Shown here: one piece after another, positions 1 through 7,248 of the stretch
Numbering within the stretch: the first letter of the stretch is position 1
Layout of the letters: each line of letters starts with the position of its first letter
Position numbers and translations under genes: made by a program
Notes under the pieces: model-generated
What the model saw: only the letters and a program-made list of their open reading frames with translations
Databases searched by the model: none
What the model was told of the DNA's origin: nothing
Assembly: GCA_036012755.1 (NCBI GenBank)
Contig: DASCPX010000027.1
Span: 96,001 to 160,000, forward strand
Direction of reading: 5' to 3'
Source of the DNA: Myxococcota bacterium
GTDB lineage: Bacteria; Myxococcota_A; UBA796; CAJQPC01
Length of the DNA: 64,000 nucleotides

Positions 1-1
1 C

Positions 2-787
2 CTCTTCGAGCAGTGCATCGACACCAGCAAGATCGTCATGGACAAGTCGAAGATCACCTGGGACGCGGTGGACGAGATCGTTCTGGTCGGCGGCTCCACG
101 CGGATGCCGATGATCCGTGACAACCTCGTCGCGCTGTCGGGAGGGAAGCCGGTCAGCAAGGGCATCAACCCGGATGAAGGCGTCGCCCTCGGTGCGGCCC
201 TCGCGGGTGTGTTCCGCCACCAACCGAACCACACGGCGCTGAAGGCCCACCGAGCATCCATCACCCGGGCGCGTCGCGGCACCTCCAAGACGCTCCCCCC
301 GGTCCCCAAGCGGACGGCGAGGCTGAAGCCGGTCTCGGCGCCCAAACCCGCCGGACTCCAGAAGCTGACGGTCCAGGACGCGTCCAGCCACGCCATGGGC
401 ATCGTGGTGCTGGATGCGCGCCACAACGAGCGCGTCGTCAACCTGATCCCCGAGAGCTCCCCGCTGCCGGTGGAGAAGAGGGGCCGCTTCGCCTACGCCT
501 ACGACAACATGACCGCCGTCCGGGTCGAGGTCACGGAGGGCACCGGCGTGGCCAGGGGCGAGGTCACCGTGATCGGCGAGGTCATCCTCGAGAAGCTGCC
601 GCCGCGAGTGCGTGGGACGCCGATCGACGTGATCTACCGCTACACCGAGAACCAGATCCTCGAGGTCCATGTCATCGATGTGGAGACCCGCGCGCTCCGC
701 CAGGCGCGCCTGAACCTCAAGGGGAGCCTGGACTCGCAACGCCTGGAGCAGGCCCGCGACGCCTTGTCGCAGGCCATCATCAACTGA
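2..787 (+). CDS. Hsp70-family protein, C-terminal part (5' truncated by window); atypical linker insertion, no helical lid
   Basis: Frame open from base 2; IVLVGGSTRMP and NPDEGVALGAA motifs of the Hsp70 NBD, followed by an SBD-beta-like region (YDNMTAVRVEVTEG, GTPIDV). Confidence 0.85.
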   Translation, partial: LFEQCIDTSKIVMDKSKITWDAVDEIVLVGGSTRMPMIRDNLVALSGGKPVSKGINPDEGVALGAALAGVFRHQPNHTALKAHRASITRARRGTSKTLPPVPKRTARLKPVSAPKPAGLQKLTVQDASSHAMGIVVLDARHNERVVNLIPESSPLPVEKRGRFAYAYDNMTAVRVEVTEGTGVARGEVTVIGEVILEKLPPRVRGTPIDVIYRYTENQILEVHVIDVETRALRQARLNLKGSLDSQRLEQARDALSQAIIN

Positions 788-869
788 TGGGGGGTGTTCG
801 CCCTGTAGTCGCTTGATTGACCGGTTGAGGCGCTGAGGGTAGAACATTCCGGCGGAATGCCGGAGCGAA

Positions 870-2846
870 ATGGACCGCCGCGATCTGGAGCAGATCGACA
901 CCTTCCTCGGTATGGTCGGAAAGGCGTCGCTGTTCGACTACTACGGACTCTCATCGACCGCCGGTAGCTCCGAGGTGGAGACGGCTATCAAGAAGCGTCG
1001 GGGATGGGCGCAGGGCCAGCAAGCCAATCCGAAGTACCGGAACGAAGCGCTCTGGCTGATCAAGAACAACTCGCTGATCCGTCGGACCATGGTCGAGGAC
1101 AAGTCCGCCTACCTGGCCGAGATCTCGGACCGGAGCCTGTCCCGGAACCTGGAGGTCCTGAGCTTGTTCATCAAGGGGACCTTGGCGGGCGGCATGCTGA
1201 CGCCCGACGCCGAGCAGGCCATTGTCAAGCAGGGCCGCACGATGGGGCTCGCGAACGAGTCGATCCAGGAGCGAATCGAGCACCTCCTCGAAAAGACCGG
1301 TGCGCGTCGGCAGCGCACCGAGGAGGTCGCTGACGCCCCGACGAACACCTCGGCGCCGTTCCGGGACTTCTACGCTCTGTTGGACATCCCACCGACCGCC
1401 ACGATCGACGAGATCGAGGCAGCGCACCGGGCCAAGTACCGATGGGCTCGGTCACTGAAGGACAAGGCGCGCGTCACGGACCTCTACGCGGATCTGGACG
1501 AGGCCTGGCGAGTGCTCAAGGACCCTCAGCGCCGGACGGAGTACGACAAGGGACACGCCGCCCACCACGCCGGCGGACCCGTGCCCCGCGCTGGCGAAGA
1601 GGCCATCGGTTGGCTCCCCTCACCCGGTACGAACCCGCCGAGCGATCGCACGCGGCCGCCAAAGCCGCCACCACCGATAAGGCCGGTTCCGCCCACATTT
1701 CCCACGCGCAAGCCACCTACACCCACGCCCCCACCGGTCCGCACGACTGATTTGAAGATCGGGGGAGGCGCCACGCAGCCGGGCCCCCAGCGGCGTGAAC
1801 CGCCGAAGCCCCCAGAGGCGGTGAAGGGGCGAACGATTGGCCTTGGCGGTGCCCGGCACAGCCGCCGCTCAGCGCCCCGGCTGGCCATCGCGAGCCCCGA
1901 GGTGGTGGCGTTGCGCGTCGGCAGCGCGTCGGTCACCCATACGATCGTCGTGAAGAACACGGGCACTGGAAAGATGCCCGGACGGATCACCTCGGACCGT
2001 GACTGGCTCGAGATCAGCCGCTCTCGCCTGGACCCCGACGCCGCCCAGCAGGAGCTCAACATCGTCGTCCACCCGCGCCAGATGCGTCGCAACCGTGGGA
2101 CGGCCCTGGTCACGGTCGTCACCGACCACGGGGAACGCCGCGCCATCACCGTCAATGTCGAGCGCCGCTCCACCCCCGCCGGGCTCATCGTCGTCGGCGC
2201 GCTGGTAGTGCTCGGAGCCATGGCGGCAGCGGCCTGGGCGCTGGGCGTCTTCGACGGCTCGGGGGACACCGGGGACGTGCCAAGTGCCAGCGCGAGCCTG
2301 GAGATCCGTGTCGACCCGACAGCGGAGAGCGTGCTCGTCAACGGCGAGGCGATGGGCTCCGGCGAACGCATCGTGCTCACCTCCGACTTCCCGGTCGGGC
2401 GCCCGTTCCGGCTGACCACGCAGCTGGACGGCTTCACCACCGACGAGCGCAGCGTCACGGTCAAGAAGGACGCGGAGGAGGTGATCATCATCCACCTCAC
2501 GCTCGAGGACAGTCTCTCGACCGCGCCCGACCCCTCGATGACCAAGGTCAAGGTCGATCTCGAGGCCTTCCGCCATCAGCTCAAGACGCGGGAGGAGAAC
2601 ATCGAGGCCTGCTTCCTCGACGGCCTGCCGCACATGGGCGGGAAGGAAGCGGAGCTCACCGCCGACCTGACGGTGAGCGGCAAGGGAAAGCTCATGCGCT
2701 TCGACAAGACCAGCGCCAACTTCGGCTCGGAGGAGGTCGAGACCTGCGTGCGCCGGCAGCTCCGGGCCACCCAGTTCCCCCTGTTGGGCGGAGACTACGG
2801 CGTCGTGGAGGACTACACCTTCCGCGTCTACATTCCAGAGGGATGA
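870..2846 (+). CDS. Membrane protein with two degenerate J-like domains, Pro-rich linker, BACON-like domain, TM helix, PEGA-like and AgmX/PglI(TonB-C)-like C-terminal domains
   Basis: DFYALLDIPPTATIDEIEAAHR...AWRVLKDPQRRTEYD is J-domain-like but lacks HPD; TM LIVVGALVVLGAMAAAAWALG; C-terminal IEACF...VETCVRRQLRATQFP. Confidence 0.7.
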   Translation: MDRRDLEQIDTFLGMVGKASLFDYYGLSSTAGSSEVETAIKKRRGWAQGQQANPKYRNEALWLIKNNSLIRRTMVEDKSAYLAEISDRSLSRNLEVLSLFIKGTLAGGMLTPDAEQAIVKQGRTMGLANESIQERIEHLLEKTGARRQRTEEVADAPTNTSAPFRDFYALLDIPPTATIDEIEAAHRAKYRWARSLKDKARVTDLYADLDEAWRVLKDPQRRTEYDKGHAAHHAGGPVPRAGEEAIGWLPSPGTNPPSDRTRPPKPPPPIRPVPPTFPTRKPPTPTPPPVRTTDLKIGGGATQPGPQRREPPKPPEAVKGRTIGLGGARHSRRSAPRLAIASPEVVALRVGSASVTHTIVVKNTGTGKMPGRITSDRDWLEISRSRLDPDAAQQELNIVVHPRQMRRNRGTALVTVVTDHGERRAITVNVERRSTPAGLIVVGALVVLGAMAAAAWALGVFDGSGDTGDVPSASASLEIRVDPTAESVLVNGEAMGSGERIVLTSDFPVGRPFRLTTQLDGFTTDERSVTVKKDAEEVIIIHLTLEDSLSTAPDPSMTKVKVDLEAFRHQLKTREENIEACFLDGLPHMGGKEAELTADLTVSGKGKLMRFDKTSANFGSEEVETCVRRQLRATQFPLLGGDYGVVEDYTFRVYIPEG

Positions 2847-3679
2847 GCGACCTCGACGCCCTCCTCGACCAGGCGGAGCTGGCGCTGGCAGAGGGAAGGT
2901 ACTCCGACGCCGAGGACGCCCTTCGGGGGGCCCTGGCAGTCGCCCCGCGCGACCTCGAGGCACACTTCCTGCTCGGCGAGACGATGCGCGACCTCGGACG
3001 CCTCGATGAGGCCGGAGGCGCCTACCGCTTCGTCGTCTTGAACACGGAGGAGGAAGCCGAGCCCCGGATCAAGGCGCTCAGCGCTGAGGCATGGGCCGCC
3101 CTCGCTGCGGTCCTGCTCGACCAGCTCCGATGGGACGAGGCCAAGAAGGCTGCGAACCGTGCCCTGAGGGAGAACCCGAACAGCGCCGAGGGCGCCTGGG
3201 TTCGTGCGGTCCTGCGAGAGCGACGGGCCGACTACTCCGGCGCGACCCGCGACTACCTCCGGGCCTGGCGCTCCGACCCCGGCGGCTTCCCCCTGCCGGT
3301 TCCGCTGGACGACGAGACCGTCGACGACATCGTGGTCGAGTGCCTCGAGCTGTTTCACCCGTCCCTGCGGGAGTTCCTCGCCAACGTAGCGATCATCCTC
3401 GAGGAAGTGCCGAGCGAGGAGCTCCTGGAGCAGTACGACCCGCCAGCTCCACCGACGCACATCCTCGGGTACTTCTCCGGGACCTCGCTCCAGGAGCGTT
3501 CGTTGGAGAACCCCTGGTCGAACCTCCCAGGCGCCATCGTGCTGTTCCGCCGGAACCTCTCTCGCTACGCCCGCGACCGCGAGGAGCTCGTAGAGGAGCT
3601 CCGCGTCACCATCTTCCACGAGGTCGGCCACTTCCTCGGGCTCGACGAGGACGACCTCGAGAAGCGGGGACTGGACTGA
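2843..3679 (+). CDS. TPR-containing zinicin-like (minimal) metallopeptidase
   Basis: N-terminal TPR-like helices; C-terminal IVLFRRNL...TIFHEVGHFLGLDEDDL (HExxH); ATGA overlap with the upstream gene. Confidence 0.85.
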   Translation: MSDLDALLDQAELALAEGRYSDAEDALRGALAVAPRDLEAHFLLGETMRDLGRLDEAGGAYRFVVLNTEEEAEPRIKALSAEAWAALAAVLLDQLRWDEAKKAANRALRENPNSAEGAWVRAVLRERRADYSGATRDYLRAWRSDPGGFPLPVPLDDETVDDIVVECLELFHPSLREFLANVAIILEEVPSEELLEQYDPPAPPTHILGYFSGTSLQERSLENPWSNLPGAIVLFRRNLSRYARDREELVEELRVTIFHEVGHFLGLDEDDLEKRGLD

Positions 3680-3682
3680 CGA

Positions 3683-3711
3683 TTGACTCGCTCGGAGGCT
3701 GGGGTTAGCTG
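3683..3711 (+). promoter_or_regulatory. Putative sigma70-type promoter of tRNA-Ala
   Basis: TTGACT at 3683, followed 16-17 nt later by TTAGCT/TAGCTG, just upstream of the tRNA. Confidence 0.4.
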
Positions 3712-3721
3712 AGTGCCGCCC

Positions 3722-3797
3722 GGGGGAGTAGCTCAGCCGGGAGAGCACAGCGTTCGCAACGCTGGGGTCGGGGGTTCGAGTCCCCTCTCCTCCACCA
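3722..3797 (+). tRNA. tRNA-Ala(CGC)
   Basis: Acceptor GGGGGAG/CTCCTCC with G3:U70, anticodon arm CAGCG-TTCGCAA-CGCTG, GGTTCGAGTCC T-arm, encoded CCA. Confidence 0.97.
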
Positions 3798-3856
3798 TCG
3801 ACACCCCCGCCCAGTCACCTCAGCGTGGCTGGCGCGGCGGGTTCGCTCTGTGCGGG

Positions 3857-5356
3857 TCAACCGCCGACGAGCTCTACGCGGTAGAAGACCCAGCCGTAGC
3901 CTGGCTCCTCGCGCAGCGGGACGAGGATCACGTCTCCCAGATGATGTGCGGTCGCCTGTTCCAACCAGGGGGCAATGGCTGGTGCCTGGGTCCAGTCCTC
4001 CTGGAACCAGAGCACGTAGCCGATGTGCTCGGCCTCGATCCACTCCCCGAAGGCCACCCGGTTGTCGTGCTCGACCGGCACGTCGAACCAGGTGTGCAGT
4101 GTCCGCCCGTGCTCCCTGCGATCGATCCAGCACCCGGGGATGTTGTCGACCAACAGCGGCGTCGCCTCTGGGACCTCGGACTCGATCCACTGCGCCAGCT
4201 CCAGCTGGGGCTTGTACAGCTCGGCCGAGACGTCGAGCTGCCGCTTGGTCTCCAAGGCGAACGCGCGGGCTGTCTGGGCAACCGCCGCGACTGCCAGCAG
4301 GTAGACCGGAACGCGCCCGACCAGCGCGGAGAGCTGCTCGGCGACGCGCCACACACCGATCGTGGCGAGCACGATGAGTGGCGGGAGCACCCCGTGCAGC
4401 CACTTCCAGTAGAGGTTGTGACCGGGCTCGTGCTGGGCCACGAAGCCGATGGCCAGCCAGAAACCCAGCAGGCACAGCGCGGTGATCCCGACAGTCCTGC
4501 GCGGATCGTGGCGGTGCCATGGAATGCCGACGATCCCGACGACCGCCCCGACGGAGAGCGCCCACCCGATGCGCCCGGGGAGGACATCAGTGAGCAGCGC
4601 CCAGCTGACCGCCAGCCCATCCATCGCCCAGCCCTCCTGGTCAGGCGCGAGCTCGGTACCTCCGGTCTCGATGTTCACCGCGACCGAGTGACCCCAGAAC
4701 TCCCAGGTCCCATGTACCACCGAGCAATAGGCCGCCCAGGCGAAGACCAGAAGGGCGAGAGGGCCAAGCGCAGCGCCGACACGGGCGAGGCGGTGCGGCC
4801 GCCCGAGCGCATGGATGAGCAAAGCAGGCCCCAGCGTGAGCAAGCCGTCCATGCGTGTGAGGAAAGCGACGCCGGCGAGCACCGAAGCCCACGCGAGCCG
4901 CTCACGCGTGAGCGCGACGAGACAGCCGATGACAGCGGCGGCGTAGACGGGCTCTCGGAGCGAGGAGGCGGCGTAGAGCGCGAGCTCCGGCTGCACGATG
5001 GCGATCGCGCCGGCCGTCCAGGCTACGCCGCGCCCCGCAAGCCGGTCTCCGAGGACGACGGTCAAGGCCACCGTCAACATCCCGGCGAGCATGGAGACGG
5101 CCAGGGTTGCCTGGACCGCATCGCCGACCACCGCCATCACCAGGGCCGACAGCCCGTAGTACATGGGCAGGTGGTTCATGTCGAAGTGCGTGAAGCCCGA
5201 CTCGAGGACTCCGCGCACCATCGCCAGGTTGCCGTAGTCGCTCTCCTCCCAACCGAAGTAGCGAGTGCTCAGCAGTGCTCGCCAGGCACCGGCGGCAACC
5301 AGGAGTCCCGCGACCAGCAGCGTGCGGCGCCTCAGCACCGCCAGAACATACTCCAT
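3857..5356 (-). CDS. GT-C (GT39/ArnT-like) integral membrane glycosyltransferase
   Basis: Many TM helices; acidic first loop (WEESDY); LAGVAFLTR motif; soluble C-terminal domain. Confidence 0.7.
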   Translation of the reverse strand: MEYVLAVLRRRTLLVAGLLVAAGAWRALLSTRYFGWEESDYGNLAMVRGVLESGFTHFDMNHLPMYYGLSALVMAVVGDAVQATLAVSMLAGMLTVALTVVLGDRLAGRGVAWTAGAIAIVQPELALYAASSLREPVYAAAVIGCLVALTRERLAWASVLAGVAFLTRMDGLLTLGPALLIHALGRPHRLARVGAALGPLALLVFAWAAYCSVVHGTWEFWGHSVAVNIETGGTELAPDQEGWAMDGLAVSWALLTDVLPGRIGWALSVGAVVGIVGIPWHRHDPRRTVGITALCLLGFWLAIGFVAQHEPGHNLYWKWLHGVLPPLIVLATIGVWRVAEQLSALVGRVPVYLLAVAAVAQTARAFALETKRQLDVSAELYKPQLELAQWIESEVPEATPLLVDNIPGCWIDRREHGRTLHTWFDVPVEHDNRVAFGEWIEAEHIGYVLWFQEDWTQAPAIAPWLEQATAHHLGDVILVPLREEPGYGWVFYRVELVGG

Positions 5357-5407
5357 CGCCGCTGTGGCGATGACCCGCCCGTGCTCAGGCGCGGGTCCTC
5401 ACCCGGT

Positions 5408-5857
5408 CTAGACGTCGTAGAACAGCGGGGCCTTGCCGACGGCCTTCATCGCGTCGGTGATGAGTGCCTCCTGTTCCGGGCTCAGGGGGAAGAACTTCAC
5501 GCCGCAGCCGGTCGGAGCGCCGTGCTCGTCGGTGCGGTGCCAGCGAACCTCGCCCTTCACCAGGAGAGCCTGGTCGAAGCTCACGGCGACCGACAGGTCG
5601 ATGACCTCTCCGACCACTGGCGGGCACATCGTCGCGATGAAGACGCCACCTTCCGAGATGTTCTCCGAGAAGCCCATGAAGAAGTTGTTCTCGCAGACTC
5701 CGCTGACGCGCACCTGGAGCGTGCAGCGCTTGGTTGCACGCGCTTCGGCCCAGCGCCGGTCCTGTTCTTCCTTCTCAGCCTCGACGGCGTGCTGCATCTC
5801 GCGCGCTTCGGAGGCGTTGGCGGGTGTGAAGTGGTGCTTGTGGGCGACAGCGGCCAT
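5408..5857 (-). CDS. PilZ-domain protein (TIGR02266-like)
   Basis: RATKR plus NFFMGFSENISEGGVFIAT...GEVRW...GCGVKF; AGAGGA SD. Confidence 0.85.
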   Translation of the reverse strand: MAAVAHKHHFTPANASEAREMQHAVEAEKEEQDRRWAEARATKRCTLQVRVSGVCENNFFMGFSENISEGGVFIATMCPPVVGEVIDLSVAVSFDQALLVKGEVRWHRTDEHGAPTGCGVKFFPLSPEQEALITDAMKAVGKAPLFYDV

Positions 5858-5942
5858 GTCTTCCTCTCGGTTGTCTCGATGTCACACATGGAGATCGGAG
5901 AGACACGACGATCACGTTAGAGTCGGCGGCTCGGAGGATCGC

Positions 5943-6845
5943 GTGTCGGCTGAGCCCCCCATCCGCACCGGCTTCGTTCGGACCGAGGGTGGGCTGCGTC
6001 TCTACTGGCGTGCGACCGGCAGCGGACCGACGATGATCTGCTGCAATGGCGTGGGTGTCTCGACCTTTTTCTGGAAGTACGTCGTGGAGCACTTCGCGGA
6101 TCGCTTCCAGGTCGTGGTGTGGGACTACCGGGGCCACGGACGGTCTGACTCTCCCTTGCACCCGGACGCCGCCGACCTGTCCATCGTCGCCTGCGCCAGG
6201 GATCTCGGCCGCGTCCAAGACGCCGTCGGCAGCGAGGCCGCGGTCCTGCTCGGGCACTCCATGGGCTGCCAGGTCATCCTGGAGAGGGCGATCCAGGCTC
6301 CGGACCGGGTGGTCGGTCTCGTGCCGATGCTGGGGAGCGCCGGACGGGTGTTGGAGACCTTCTACGACAATCCCCGCAGCGTCGTCGTCTTCAAGCTCAT
6401 GTACGCGACCTCGGAGTTCATCGGCGACCGGGTCAACGCGCTCGTGCGTCCACTGATGAAGACACCGCTGGCCTGGGAGATCGCCCGTCGCGCGAAGCTC
6501 GTCGACCCCTACTACATGACCCGCGATGACTTCTCGCCCTACCTCGACCACCTGGCGGACATCGACGCGCGGCTCTTCCTCCGCATGGTGGCGGGCGCCC
6601 AGGAGCACGACGCCTTCCCCGCGCTGGCTCACATCGAGGCCCCGGCGCTGATCGTGGCCGCAGAGAACGACGGCTTCACGCCGCTGTGGTTGTCAGAGAA
6701 GATGGTCCGAGATCTGCCTGACGCCGAGCTGCTGGTCCTCGCGGATGGCTCTCACGCGGCGCTGATGGAGCAGCCTCAGACCATCAACCACCGGGTCGAG
6801 CGCTTCCTCAGCCAGAAGGTGCGCTGGACTCGGCCCGCTGCTTGA
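5943..6845 (+). CDS. Alpha/beta-fold hydrolase
   Basis: WDYRGHGRS, GHSMG nucleophile elbow, C-terminal D and H (GSHA); GGAGGA SD before GTG at 5943. Confidence 0.88.
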   Translation: MSAEPPIRTGFVRTEGGLRLYWRATGSGPTMICCNGVGVSTFFWKYVVEHFADRFQVVVWDYRGHGRSDSPLHPDAADLSIVACARDLGRVQDAVGSEAAVLLGHSMGCQVILERAIQAPDRVVGLVPMLGSAGRVLETFYDNPRSVVVFKLMYATSEFIGDRVNALVRPLMKTPLAWEIARRAKLVDPYYMTRDDFSPYLDHLADIDARLFLRMVAGAQEHDAFPALAHIEAPALIVAAENDGFTPLWLSEKMVRDLPDAELLVLADGSHAALMEQPQTINHRVERFLSQKVRWTRPAA

Positions 6846-7248
6846 AGGCCTCCAGCGTTGTCGGCAGACCGCTACGCGAGAGGGTGTTCTGGATGCTCCG
6901 CGGGACGAACATGCCGAGGACGATCGCGATGTCGTAGGTCGCTCTCGTGCCCTCGGCGCAGGCCTCCAGCGTCCAGCTGCCTTCGTTGCTACGGAAGACC
7001 CCCTGCACCAGGCTCCAGTCGAGCCTCAAGCGCCCGTCGGGCATCGTGCTCCGTCTCAAGCGGAGGGTGTAGTCGAGGCGCCGGACGATCTCGAGCGTGA
7101 AGGCGACCTCCCAGGCGTCCTTGGACTCGGCGAGGACCCGCGCGCTCTTCATGTGCGGCAGGAACTCGGGGTAGTCCGAAAAAGCCGTGATGACCGCCAT
7201 GAGCTCCTCTGGCTCGACCCCTACGACCACATCGCGCGTGGCCCTCAC
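6808..7248 (-). CDS. SRPBCC/START (RatA/Coq10-like) protein
   Basis: YPEFLP, FRSNEGSWTL, AFKQRAE motifs; GTGA coupling with the recG-like gene. Confidence 0.8.
   Translation of the reverse strand: MRATRDVVVGVEPEELMAVITAFSDYPEFLPHMKSARVLAESKDAWEVAFTLEIVRRLDYTLRLRRSTMPDGRLRLDWSLVQGVFRSNEGSWTLEACAEGTRATYDIAIVLGMFVPRSIQNTLSRSGLPTTLEAFKQRAESSAPSG

Noticed and set aside
845..859. Palindrome CATTCC-GGC-GGAATG upstream of the J-like gene
   Set aside because: Only a 6-bp stem, not CIRCE-like; could be chance.
3722..3850. tRNA-Ala(CGC) as an island integration site
   Set aside because: No integrase, no duplicated tRNA 3' end seen, and no evident compositional shift; the same applies to the other two tRNAs.
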